Shown: positions 11,668 through 23,141 of the stretch, piece after piece | Layout: each line of letters begins with the position of its first letter | Position numbering within the stretch: the stretch's first letter is position 1 | Source of the DNA: a virus | Taxonomy: Duplodnaviria; Heunggongvirae; Uroviricota; Caudoviricetes | Direction: 5' to 3' (one strand) | DNA length: 34,347 bases | Virus record (IMG/VR): IMGVR_UViG_2693429686_000003 | Translations under genes and position numbers: made by a program | Notes under the pieces: model-generated | Seen by the model: the letters and a program-made list of their open reading frames with translations, nothing else | Databases searched by the model: none | What the model was told of the DNA's origin: nothing

Positions 11668-14221
11668 ACCGGTAGGCGATCTGGTCGTTGATTTGAGTCT
11701 GGATGCGGCCAGATTTGACGAGCAGATGGCCAGAGTCAGGCGTCATTTTTCCGGTACGGAAAGTGATGCGAAAAAAACAGCGGCAGTCGTTGAACAGTCG
11801 CTGAGCCGACAGGCGCTGGCTGCACAGAAAGCGGGGATTTCCGTCGGGCAGTATAAAGCCGCCATGCGTATGCTGCCTGCACAGTTCACCGACGTGGCCA
11901 CGCAGCTTGCAGGGGGGCAGAATCCCTGGCTGATCCTGCTGCAACAGGGTGGTCAGGTTAAGGACTCCTTCGGCGGGATGATCCCCATGTTCAGGGGGCT
12001 TGCCGGCGCGATCACCCTGCCGATGGTGGGGGCCACCTCGCTGGCGGTGGCGACCGGTGCGCTGGCGTATGCCTGGTATCAGGGCAACTCAACCCTGTCC
12101 GATTTCAACAAAACGCTGGTCCTTTCCGGTAATCAGGCGGGACTGACGGCAGATCGTATGCTGGTCCTGTCCAGAGCCGGGCAGGCGGCAGGGCTGACGT
12201 TTAACCAGACCAGCGAGTCACTCAGCGCACTGGTTAAGGCGGGGGTAAGCGGTGAGGCTCAGATTGCGTCCATCAGCCAGAGTGTGGCGCGTTTCTCCTA
12301 TGCATCCGGCGTGGAGGTGGACAAGGTCGCTGAAGCCTTCGGGAAGCTGACCACAGACCCGACGTCGGGGCTGACGGCGATGGCACGCCAGTTCCATAAC
12401 GTGACGGCGGAGCAGATTGCGTATGTTGCTCAGTTGCAGCGTTCCGGCGATGAAGCCGGGGCATTGCAGGCGGCGAACGAGGCCGCAACGAAAGGGTTTG
12501 ATGACCAGACCCGCCGCCTGAAAGAGAACATGGGCACGCTGGAGACCTGGGCAGACAGGACTGCACGTGCATTCAAATCCATGTGGGATGCGGTGCTGGA
12601 TATTGGTCGTCCTGATACCGCGCAGGAGATGCTGATTAAGGCAGAGGCTGCGTTTAAGAAAGCAGACGACATCTGGAATCTGCGCAAGGATGATTATTTC
12701 GTTAACGATGAAGCACGGGCGCGTTACTGGGATGATCGTGAAAAAAAACGCCTGGAGCGGGATGCAGCCCAAAAGAGGGTAGATCAACAGCGTCAACAGG
12801 ACAAAAATGCGCAGCAGCAGAGCGATACCGAAGCGTCACGGCTGAAATATACCGAAGAGGCGCAGAAGGCTTACGAACGGCTGCAGACGCCGCTGGAGAA
12901 ATATACCGCCCGTCAGGAAGAACTGAACAAGGCACTGAAAGACGGAAAAATCCTGCAGGCAGATTACAACACGCTGATGGCGGCGGCGAAAAAGGATTAT
13001 GAAGCGACGCTGAAAAAGCCGAAACAGTCCGGCGTGAAGGTGTATGCGGGCGATCGTCAGGAAGACAGTGCTCATGCGGCCCTGCTGACGCTTCAGGCAG
13101 AACTCCGGACGCTGGAGAAGCATGCCGGAGCGAATGAGAAAATCAGCCAGCAGCGCCGGGATTTGTGGAAGGCAGAAAGTCAGTTCGCGGTACTGGAGGA
13201 GGCGGCACAACGTCGCCAGCTGTCCGCACAGGAGAAATCCCTGCTGGCGCATAAAGACGAGACGCTGGAGTACAAACGCCAGCTGGCTGCACTTGGTGAC
13301 AAGGTTACGTATCAGGAGCACCTGAATGCGCTGGCGCAGCAGGCGGATAAATTCGCACAGCAGCAACGGGCAAAACGGGCAGCCATTGATGCGAAAAACC
13401 GGGGGCTGACTGACCGGCAGGCAGCGCGGGAAGCCACGGAACAGCGCCTGAAGGAACAGTATGGCGATAATCCTCTGGCGCTGAATAACGTCATGTCAGA
13501 GCAGAAAAAGACCTGGGCGGCTGAAGACCAGCTTCGCGGGAGCTGGATGGCAGGCCTGAAGTCCGGCTGGAGTGAGTGGGAAGAGAGCGCCACGGACAGT
13601 ATGTCACAGGTTAAAAGTGCAGCCACGCAGACCTTTGATGGTATTGCACAGAATATGGCGGCGATGCTGACCGGCAGTGAACAGAACTGGCGCAGCTTCA
13701 CCCGCTCCGTGCTGTCCATGATGACAGAAATTCTGCTTAAGCAGGCAATGGTGGGGATTGTCGGGAGTATCGGCAGCGCCATTGGCGGGGCTGTTGGTGG
13801 CGGCGCATCCGCGTCAGGTGGTACAGCCATTCAGGCCGCTGCGGTGAAATTCCATTTTGCAACCGGGGGATTTACGGGAACCGGCGGCAAATATGAGCCA
13901 GCGGGGATTGTTCACCGTGGTGAATTTGTCTTCACGAAGGAGGCAACCAGCCGGATTGGCGTGGGGAATCTCTACCGGCTGATGCGCGGCTATGCGGAAG
14001 GTGGTTATGTGGGCGGTGCCGGAAGTCCGGCGCAGATGCGGCGGGCTGAAGGCATTAATTTTAATCAGAACAATCACGTGGTGATTCAGAACGACGGTAC
14101 GAATGGTCTGCCAGGTCCACAGATGATGAAGGCCGTGTATGACATGGCCCGCAAGGGTGCCCGTGATGAAATTCAGACACAGATGCGTGATGGTGGCCTG
14201 TTCTCCGGAGGTGGACGATGA
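11660..14221 (+). CDS. H: Tail tape-measure protein gpH
   Basis: 853-aa ORF, identical length and near-identical to recalled lambda gpH. Confidence 0.97.
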   Translation: MAEPVGDLVVDLSLDAARFDEQMARVRRHFSGTESDAKKTAAVVEQSLSRQALAAQKAGISVGQYKAAMRMLPAQFTDVATQLAGGQNPWLILLQQGGQVKDSFGGMIPMFRGLAGAITLPMVGATSLAVATGALAYAWYQGNSTLSDFNKTLVLSGNQAGLTADRMLVLSRAGQAAGLTFNQTSESLSALVKAGVSGEAQIASISQSVARFSYASGVEVDKVAEAFGKLTTDPTSGLTAMARQFHNVTAEQIAYVAQLQRSGDEAGALQAANEAATKGFDDQTRRLKENMGTLETWADRTARAFKSMWDAVLDIGRPDTAQEMLIKAEAAFKKADDIWNLRKDDYFVNDEARARYWDDREKKRLERDAAQKRVDQQRQQDKNAQQQSDTEASRLKYTEEAQKAYERLQTPLEKYTARQEELNKALKDGKILQADYNTLMAAAKKDYEATLKKPKQSGVKVYAGDRQEDSAHAALLTLQAELRTLEKHAGANEKISQQRRDLWKAESQFAVLEEAAQRRQLSAQEKSLLAHKDETLEYKRQLAALGDKVTYQEHLNALAQQADKFAQQQRAKRAAIDAKNRGLTDRQAAREATEQRLKEQYGDNPLALNNVMSEQKKTWAAEDQLRGSWMAGLKSGWSEWEESATDSMSQVKSAATQTFDGIAQNMAAMLTGSEQNWRSFTRSVLSMMTEILLKQAMVGIVGSIGSAIGGAVGGGASASGGTAIQAAAVKFHFATGGFTGTGGKYEPAGIVHRGEFVFTKEATSRIGVGNLYRLMRGYAEGGYVGGAGSPAQMRRAEGINFNQNNHVVIQNDGTNGLPGPQMMKAVYDMARKGARDEIQTQMRDGGLFSGGGR

Positions 14222-14547
14222 AAACCTTCCGCTGGAAAGTGAAACCCGGTATGGATGTGGCTTCGGCCCCTTCTGTAAGAAAGGTGCGCTTTGGTGATGG
14301 CTATTCCCAGCGAGCGCCTGCCGGGCTGAATGCCAACCTGAAAACGTACAGCGTGACGCTTTCTGTCCCCCGTGAGGAGGCCATGGTACTGGAGTCGTTT
14401 CTGGAAGAGCACGGGGGCTGGAAAGCCTTTCTGTGGACGCCGCCTTATGAGTGGCGGCAGATAAAGGTGACCTGCGCAAAATGGTCGTCGCGGGTCAGTA
14501 TGCTGCGTGTTGAGTTCAGCGCAGAGTTTGAACAGGTGGTGAACTGA
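14218..14547 (+). CDS. M: Tail tip protein gpM (copy 1)
   Basis: 109-aa ORF matching lambda gpM (MKTFRWKVKPGMDVAS...). Confidence 0.95.
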   Translation: MKTFRWKVKPGMDVASAPSVRKVRFGDGYSQRAPAGLNANLKTYSVTLSVPREEAMVLESFLEEHGGWKAFLWTPPYEWRQIKVTCAKWSSRVSMLRVEFSAEFEQVVN

Positions 14548-15245
14548 TGCAGGATATCCGGCAGGAAACACTGAATGAATGCACCCGTGCGGAGCAGTCG
14601 GCCAGCGTGGTGCTCTGGGAAATCGATCTGACAGAGGTCGGTGGAGAACGTTATTTTTTCTGTAATGAGCAGAACGAAAAAGGTGAGCCGGTCACCTGGC
14701 AGGGGCGACAGTATCAGCCGTATCCCATTCAGGGGAGTGGTTTTGAACTGAATGGCAAAGGCACCAGTACGCGCCCCACGCTGATGGTTTCTAACCTGTA
14801 CGGTATGGTCACCGGGATGGCGGAAGATCTACAGAGTCTGGTCGGCGGAACGGTGGTCCGGCGTAAGGTTTACGCCCGTTTTCTGGATGCGGTGAACTTC
14901 GTCAACGGAAACAGTGACGCCGATCCGGAGCAGGAGGTGATCAGCCGCTGGCGCATTGAGCAGTGCAGCGAACTGAGCGCGGTGAGTGCCTCTTTTGTAC
15001 TGTCCACGCCGACGGAAACAGATGGCGCTGTTTTTCCGGGACGTATCATGCTGGCCAACACCTGCACCTGGACCTATCGCGGCGATGAGTGCGGTTATCA
15101 CGGTCCGGCGGTCGCGGATGAATATGACCAGCCAACGTCCGACATCACGAAGGATAAATGCAGCAAATGCCTGAGTGGCTGTAAGTTTCGCAATAACGTC
15201 GGCAACTTTGGCGGCTTCCTTTCCATTAACAAACTTTCGCAGTAA
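14547..15245 (+). CDS. L: Tail tip protein gpL (copy 1)
   Basis: 232-aa ORF matching lambda gpL. Confidence 0.95.
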   Translation: MQDIRQETLNECTRAEQSASVVLWEIDLTEVGGERYFFCNEQNEKGEPVTWQGRQYQPYPIQGSGFELNGKGTSTRPTLMVSNLYGMVTGMAEDLQSLVGGTVVRRKVYARFLDAVNFVNGNSDADPEQEVISRWRIEQCSELSAVSASFVLSTPTETDGAVFPGRIMLANTCTWTYRGDECGYHGPAVADEYDQPTSDITKDKCSKCLSGCKFRNNVGNFGGFLSINKLSQ

Positions 15246-15250
15246 ATCCC

Positions 15251-15994
15251 ATGACAGAGACAGAATCAGCGATTCTGGCGCACGCCCGGCGATGTGCTCC
15301 AGCGGAGTCGTGCGGCTTCGTGGTAAGAACGCCGGAGGGGGAAAGATATTTCCCCTGCGTGAATATCTCCGGTGAGCCGGAGGCGTATTTCCGTATGTCG
15401 CCGGAAGACTGGCTGCAGGCAGAGATGCAGGGTGAGATTGTGGCACTGGTCCACAGCCACCCCGGTGGTCTGCCCTGGCTGAGTGAGGCCGACCGGCGGC
15501 TGCAGGTGCAGAGTGATTTGCCGTGGTGGCTGGTCTGCCGGGGGGCGATTCACAAGTTCCGCTGTGTGCCACATCTTACCGGGCGGCGCTTTGAGCACGG
15601 GGTGACGGACTGTTACACGCTGTTCCGGGATGCTTACCATCTGGCGGGGATTGAGATGCCGGATTTTCATCGTGAGGATGACTGGTGGCGTCACGGTCAG
15701 AATCTCTATCTGGATAATCTGGAGGCCACAGGGCTGTATCAGGTGCCGTTGTCAGCGGCGCAGCCGGGCGATGTGCTGCTGTGCTGTTTTGGTTCATCGG
15801 TGCCGAATCATGCCGCCATTTACTGTGGTGACGGCGAGCTGCTGCACCATATTCCTGAACAACTGAGCAAACGAGAGAGGTATACCGACAAATGGCAGCG
15901 ACGCACACACTCCCTCTGGCGTCACCGGGCATGGCACGCATCTGCCTTTACGGGGATTTGCAACGATTTGGCCGCCGCATCGACCTTCGTGTGA
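15251..15994 (+). CDS. K: Tail tip assembly protein gpK (copy 1), with MPN/JAB-like HSHPGG motif and NlpC/P60-like C-terminal region
   Basis: 247-aa ORF; residues 49 onward match lambda gpK as classically annotated (199 aa); the upstream extension starts 6 nt after the L stop. Confidence 0.92.
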   Translation: MTETESAILAHARRCAPAESCGFVVRTPEGERYFPCVNISGEPEAYFRMSPEDWLQAEMQGEIVALVHSHPGGLPWLSEADRRLQVQSDLPWWLVCRGAIHKFRCVPHLTGRRFEHGVTDCYTLFRDAYHLAGIEMPDFHREDDWWRHGQNLYLDNLEATGLYQVPLSAAQPGDVLLCCFGSSVPNHAAIYCGDGELLHHIPEQLSKRERYTDKWQRRTHSLWRHRAWHASAFTGICNDLAAASTFV

Positions 15995-16563
15995 AAACGG
16001 GTGCCGAAGCCATCCGGGCGATGGCCACACAGCTCCCTGCGTTTCGTCAGAAGCTGAGCGACGGCTGGTATCAGGTGCGTATTGCCGGGCAGGATGTTAG
16101 CACGTCCGGATTAACGGCACAGTTACATGAGGCTCTGCCTGACGGCGCTGTGATTCATATTGTTCCCAGAGTCGCCGGGGCCAAGTCAGGTGGTGTATTC
16201 CAGATTGTCCTGGGAGCAGCCGCCATTGCCGGATCATTCTTTACCGCCGGAGCCACCCTTGCAGCATGGGGGGCTGCCATTGGTGCCGGTGGTATGACCG
16301 GCATTCTGTTTTCTCTCGGTGCCAGTATGGTGCTCGGCGGTGTGGCTCAGATGCTGGCACCGAAAGCCAGAACTCCCCGCACACAGACAACGGATAACGG
16401 TAAGCAGAACACCTATTTCTCCTCACTGGATAACATGGTTGCCCAGGGCAATGTTATGCCTGTTCTGTATGGTGAAATGCGCGTGGGGTCACGTGTGGTA
16501 TCTCAGGAGATCAGCACGGCAGACGAAGGGGACGGTGGTCAGGTTGTGGTGATTGGTCGCTGA
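15892..16563 (+). CDS. I: Tail tip assembly protein gpI (copy 1)
   Basis: 223-aa ORF matching lambda gpI; overlaps the K 3' end by about 100 nt as in lambda. Confidence 0.93.
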   Translation: MAATHTLPLASPGMARICLYGDLQRFGRRIDLRVKTGAEAIRAMATQLPAFRQKLSDGWYQVRIAGQDVSTSGLTAQLHEALPDGAVIHIVPRVAGAKSGGVFQIVLGAAAIAGSFFTAGATLAAWGAAIGAGGMTGILFSLGASMVLGGVAQMLAPKARTPRTQTTDNGKQNTYFSSLDNMVAQGNVMPVLYGEMRVGSRVVSQEISTADEGDGGQVVVIGR

Positions 16564-16623
16564 TGCAAAATGTTTTATGTGAAATCGCCTCCGGGCGGTT
16601 TTATCGTTTATGGAGCATGACGA

Positions 16624-19152
<2,529 letters not shown>

Positions 19153-19196
19153 NTGAGGTGTACTGGCAATAGCGGACACTACCATTTGTTCTTTTT

Positions 19197-20015
19197 TTAA
19201 GCAGCCATCTGATGATATTTTTCCCTGAAGGCTGCCGGGGAGATATTCCCCAGACGAGAGTGACGACGCTGACGATTGTAGAAAATCTCAATGTATTCCC
19301 GTATTACTGAGATGGCTTCATCCCGGTTATTAAAACGATAGTGGCTCAGGCTCTCATTTTTCAGCGTTCCCCAGAAGCTTTCCATCGGAGCGTTGTCGTA
19401 ACAGTTACCTTTACGCGACATTGATGTTTTCAGACCAGACTGCTCCTGTATGACCCGGTAATCGTATGCGCAGTACTGTGAACCTCGATCAGAGTGGTGG
19501 ATTAGCCCGGCAGGTGGGCGCTGGCTCCTGAGCGCCATAAACAGGGCTTTACCTGTCAGCTCTTTTGTCATGCGCTCTCCCATGGCGTAGCCGACAATTT
19601 CGCACGTATAAACATCTTTGATGCCAGCGAGGTACAACCATCCCTCCTGTGTGGCAACATACGTCAGGTCCGCCACCCAGACCTGATTTGGTGCTGTAGG
19701 AGCGAACGTCTGGTTCAGCAGATTTGGCGCAACTGGCAGATTGTGGTTCGAGTTCGTAGTCGCTCTGAACTTGCGTTTCTGCTTACAGCGTAGCCTTAGC
19801 TCCTTACGAAGACGTGCCAGTCGGTCACGACCAACGATGATGCCATTCTCTGCCAGCTCCGTCTGGAGCCGCCGGGTTCCATATGTTTCGCGAGTGCGGA
19901 TATGTGCCACCTTAATCTCCAGTTTTAGCCGCTCATCACTTTGTTTTCTGTCTGAGGGTTCATGCTGTACCCAGTTGTAATAACCGCTCCTGGATACACC
20001 AAATACCTGACACAT
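19197..20015 (-). CDS. IS3-family transposase OrfB (DDE integrase domain); made in vivo as an OrfAB fusion
   Basis: 272-aa ORF with the recognisable IS3-family catalytic region (…VWVADLTYV…HSDRGSQY…GNCYDNAPMESFWGTLK…). Confidence 0.9.
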   Translation of the reverse strand: MCQVFGVSRSGYYNWVQHEPSDRKQSDERLKLEIKVAHIRTRETYGTRRLQTELAENGIIVGRDRLARLRKELRLRCKQKRKFRATTNSNHNLPVAPNLLNQTFAPTAPNQVWVADLTYVATQEGWLYLAGIKDVYTCEIVGYAMGERMTKELTGKALFMALRSQRPPAGLIHHSDRGSQYCAYDYRVIQEQSGLKTSMSRKGNCYDNAPMESFWGTLKNESLSHYRFNNRDEAISVIREYIEIFYNRQRRHSRLGNISPAAFREKYHQMAA

Positions 20016-20050
20016 CGCTTCAATGGGAAATTGTTGTCGCCATTGTTCGA

Positions 20051-20353
20051 TTAACGCGTATTTTTCAGCGACTCCTGTGCAAAATACGCTGTTGCTTTTT
20101 TTAATATATCTCGCTCAAGGCGAGCTTCATTTAACGCCTTACGCAGTTGCAGAATTTCAGATTCCAGTTCAGCCACCGTGCGGGAACCAGGAGTACCGAG
20201 CCCTTTTCTGGCGGCGGTAACCCATTGTCCTAAAGTGCCTTCAGGAAGAGATAATCGGGAAGCGCCTTCACTGATCGAAAGTTGATTTTCAGGAACCGTT
20301 CTGACAGCTTCGGCTTTGAACTCTTTAGAGTAACGTTGGGTTTTTCTGCTCAT
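20051..20353 (-). CDS. IS3-family transposase OrfA (HTH DNA-binding, leucine-zipper-like C-terminus)
   Basis: 100-aa ORF MSRKTQRYSKEFKAEAVRTV..., as recalled for IS600 OrfA. Confidence 0.88.
   Translation of the reverse strand: MSRKTQRYSKEFKAEAVRTVPENQLSISEGASRLSLPEGTLGQWVTAARKGLGTPGSRTVAELESEILQLRKALNEARLERDILKKATAYFAQESLKNTR
20096..20102 (-). promoter_or_regulatory. A7 slippery run (T7 on the plus strand) at the orfA 3' end: predicted -1 frameshift site for OrfAB
   Basis: The minus strand reads ...TTA AAA AAA GCA... in the orfA frame just before its stop; A6G/A7 motifs are the usual IS3-family frameshift signal. Confidence 0.6.
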
Positions 20354-20417
20354 TATTAGCTCCTTCTGATGCCATTCTATTTCAGGAAGGAGTGTCCGTT
20401 AAACTCAGGCTACCTCA

Positions 20418-20757
20418 GTCTGCTGATTTGAGTCGCTACAGTGGCACGGTGGTTAACCGTCCGACGTTTTTTGCTTTTGCAAAAGGCGCGGGTGTGATGG
20501 GGGAAGCGGGACCTGAAGCCATTCTGCCACTGCGTCGCGGTGCTGATGGTAAGCTGGGGGGTGTGGCGGATACTGGTGGTTCAGGCATGGTGATGTTTGC
20601 CCCGCAGTACAACATTGAGATCAATAACGATGGCACGAACGGGCAGATAGGTCCGGCTGCCCTGAAGGTGGTTTATGACCTCGGGAAAAAAGCGGCCGCG
20701 GACTTTATGCAACAGCAGGCCCGTGATGGTGGCCGGTTAAGTGGAGCATACCGGTAA
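20418..20757 (+). pseudogene. H: 3' fragment (about 110 codons) of a divergent tape-measure gene H, fused to the IS end
   Basis: The translation aligns with the C-terminus of gpH (…NNDGTNGQIGPAALKVVYD…RDGG…) but differs from H copy 1; its stop overlaps the M2 start as H/M do. Confidence 0.8.
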
Positions 20758-21086
20758 TGGAGACGTTTCACTGGAAAGTGCGCCCGGATATGAATGTGGT
20801 ATCAGAGCCGAAAGTGGTGACAGTGAAGCTGGGCGATGGTTATGAACAGCGTCGTGCGGCGGGACTGAATAACCAGTTGTCGACTTACAGCGTGAAGATA
20901 CGTGTTCGTAAAGGTGAACACCCATTTTTAAAAGCCTTTCTGGAACGGCACGGTGGCGTCCGCGCATTTCAGTGGACGCCACCTTATGACTGGAAGCCGA
21001 TCAGGGTGGTTTGTCGTAAATGGTCGGCAAGCGTGGGGGCGTTGTGGGTAACCATAACGGCAGATTTTGAACAGGTCGTGGCATAG
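20757..21086 (+). CDS. M: Tail tip protein gpM (copy 2, divergent allele)
   Basis: 109-aa ORF METFHWKVRPDMNVVSEP..., same length as copy 1 and visibly divergent from it. Confidence 0.9.
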   Translation: METFHWKVRPDMNVVSEPKVVTVKLGDGYEQRRAAGLNNQLSTYSVKIRVRKGEHPFLKAFLERHGGVRAFQWTPPYDWKPIRVVCRKWSASVGALWVTITADFEQVVA

Positions 21087-21095
21087 GAGGCTCTG

Positions 21096-21794
21096 ATGCA
21101 GGATATTCCACAGGAAACACATCATGAGACGACACGCCTCACTCAGTCAGCCCAGGTGGTGCTCTGGGAAATCGATCTGACAGAGGTCGGTGGAGAACGT
21201 TATTTTTTCTGTAATGAGCAGAACGAAAAAGGTGAGCCGGTTACCTGGCAGGGGCGGCAGTATCAGGCATACCCCATTCAGGGGACGGGATTTGAACTGA
21301 ACGGCAAGGGCAGTGCTGCCCGTCCGACACTGACGGTTTCTAACCTGCACGGAATGGTCACCGGGATGGCGGAAGACCTGCAGAGTCTGGTCGGCGGAAC
21401 GGTGGTCAGGCGTAAGGTTTACGCCCGTTTTCTGGATGCGGTGAACTTCGTCAACGGAAACAGCGACGCCGATCCGGAACAGGAGGTGATCAGCCGCTGG
21501 CGCATCGAGCAGTGCAGCGAACTGAGCGCGGTCAGTGCCTCTTTTGTGCTGGCCACACCAACGGAGACGGATGGCGCGGTTTTCCCGGGGCGTATCATGC
21601 TGGCGAATACCTGTATGTGGACTTACCGTTCTGATGAGTGTGGTTACACGGGCAGGGCAGTGGCTGACGAGTTCGACAAACCAACGACGGATATCCGGAA
21701 GGACAAATGCAGCAAGTGTATGCGCGGGTGTGAGTTGCGCAACAATACCGGTAATTTCGGCGGTTTCCTTTCCATCAATAAACTTTCTCAGTAA
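21096..21794 (+). CDS. L: Tail tip protein gpL (copy 2)
   Basis: 232-aa ORF; the N-terminal ~25 residues differ from L copy 1 and the rest is nearly identical. Confidence 0.93.
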   Translation: MQDIPQETHHETTRLTQSAQVVLWEIDLTEVGGERYFFCNEQNEKGEPVTWQGRQYQAYPIQGTGFELNGKGSAARPTLTVSNLHGMVTGMAEDLQSLVGGTVVRRKVYARFLDAVNFVNGNSDADPEQEVISRWRIEQCSELSAVSASFVLATPTETDGAVFPGRIMLANTCMWTYRSDECGYTGRAVADEFDKPTTDIRKDKCSKCMRGCELRNNTGNFGGFLSINKLSQ

Positions 21795-21798
21795 ATCC

Positions 21799-22542
21799 AT
21801 GACACAGACAGAATCAGCGATTCTGGCGCACGCCCGGCGATGTGCGCCAGCGGAGTCGTGTGGCTTCGTGGTAAGAACGCCGGAGGGAGACAGGTATCTT
21901 CCCAGCGAGAATATCTCCGGTGAGCCGGAGGAACGGTTCCGGATGGCTCCGGAGGACTGGCTGCGGGCACAAATGCAGGGTGAGATTGTGGCGCTGGTCC
22001 ACAGTCATCCCGGTGGTCTGCCCTGGCTGAGTGAGGCTGACCGGCGGCTGCAGGTGCAGAGTGATTTGCCGTGGTGGCTGGTCTGCCGGGGGGCGATTCA
22101 CAAGTTCCGCTGTGTGCCGCATCTCACCGGGCGGCGCTTTGAGCACGGGGTGACGGACTGTTACACGCTGTTCCGGGATGCTTATCATCTGGCAGGGATT
22201 GAGATGCCGGATTTTCATCGCGGGGATGACTGGTGGCGTAACGGTCAGAATCTCTATCTTGACAATATGGAGGTGACGGGTTTTTACCGTGTCGCACTGA
22301 CAGAGGCACAGCCGGGCGATGTGCTGCTGTGCTGTTTTGGTTCATCGGTGCCGAATCATGCCGCCATTTACTGTGGTGACGGCGAGCTGCTGCACCATAT
22401 TCCTGAACAACTGAGCAAACGAGAGAGGTATACCGACAAATGGCAGCGACGCACACACTCCCTCTGGCGTCACCGGGCATGGCGCGCATCTGCCTTTACG
22501 GGGATTTACAACGATTTGGTCGCCGCATCGACCTTCGTGTGA
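21799..22542 (+). CDS. K: Tail tip assembly protein gpK (copy 2)
   Basis: MTQTESAILAHARRCAPAESCGF... begins at the ATG 5 nt after the L2 stop; nearly identical to K copy 1. Confidence 0.92.
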   Translation: MTQTESAILAHARRCAPAESCGFVVRTPEGDRYLPSENISGEPEERFRMAPEDWLRAQMQGEIVALVHSHPGGLPWLSEADRRLQVQSDLPWWLVCRGAIHKFRCVPHLTGRRFEHGVTDCYTLFRDAYHLAGIEMPDFHRGDDWWRNGQNLYLDNMEVTGFYRVALTEAQPGDVLLCCFGSSVPNHAAIYCGDGELLHHIPEQLSKRERYTDKWQRRTHSLWRHRAWRASAFTGIYNDLVAASTFV

Positions 22543-23081
22543 AAACGGGGGCTGAAGCCATCCGGGCACTGGCCACACAGCTCCCGGCGTTTCGTCAGAA
22601 ACTGAGTGACGGCTGGTATCAGGTGCGCATTGCCGGGCGTGATGCAGGTGAAACCGAATTGTCTGCCCGTCTTAATGAGCCGCTGGCAAATGGTGCAGTG
22701 ATCCACATAGTACCGCGTCTGGTGGGAGCTAAAAGTGGCGGTGTGTTTCAGGCGGTGCTGGGGGCGGCTGTTATGGCGGTTGCTATATGGATGCCGGGGG
22801 TAGGAATTATGGCGAGTAATCTGCTGTTTTCTCTCGGTGCCAGTATGACGCTTGGCGGTGTTGCACAGATGCTGGCACCGAAAGCCAGAACTCCCCGTAC
22901 ACAGACAACGGATAACGGTAAGCAGAACACGTATTTCTCGTCACTGGATAACATGGTTGCCCAGGGCAATGTTCTGCCCGTTCTGTACGGTGAAATGCGC
23001 GTGGGGTCACGTGTGGTTTCTCAGGAGATCAGCACGGCAGACGAAGGGGATGGTGGTCAGGTTGTGGTGATTGGTCGCTGA
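22440..23081 (+). CDS. I: Tail tip assembly protein gpI (copy 2; 213 aa with a divergent central segment)
   Basis: Matches gpI at both ends; the central hydrophobic segment differs from copy 1. Confidence 0.92.
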   Translation: MAATHTLPLASPGMARICLYGDLQRFGRRIDLRVKTGAEAIRALATQLPAFRQKLSDGWYQVRIAGRDAGETELSARLNEPLANGAVIHIVPRLVGAKSGGVFQAVLGAAVMAVAIWMPGVGIMASNLLFSLGASMTLGGVAQMLAPKARTPRTQTTDNGKQNTYFSSLDNMVAQGNVLPVLYGEMRVGSRVVSQEISTADEGDGGQVVVIGR

Positions 23082-23141
23082 TGCAAAATGTTTTATGTGA
23101 AACCGCCTGCGGGCGGTTTTGTCGTTTATGGAGCGTGAGGA

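Larger units (their letters stand above)
19154..20417 (-). mobile_element. IS3-family insertion sequence, IS600-like, 1264 bp, with imperfect terminal inverted repeats (TGAGGT...CGGACACT)
   Basis: orfA/orfB pair typical of IS3-family elements; ends begin 5'-TGAGGT with matching outer and inner blocks; length equals the IS600 length as I recall it; the exact IS name needs a database check. Confidence 0.85.
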
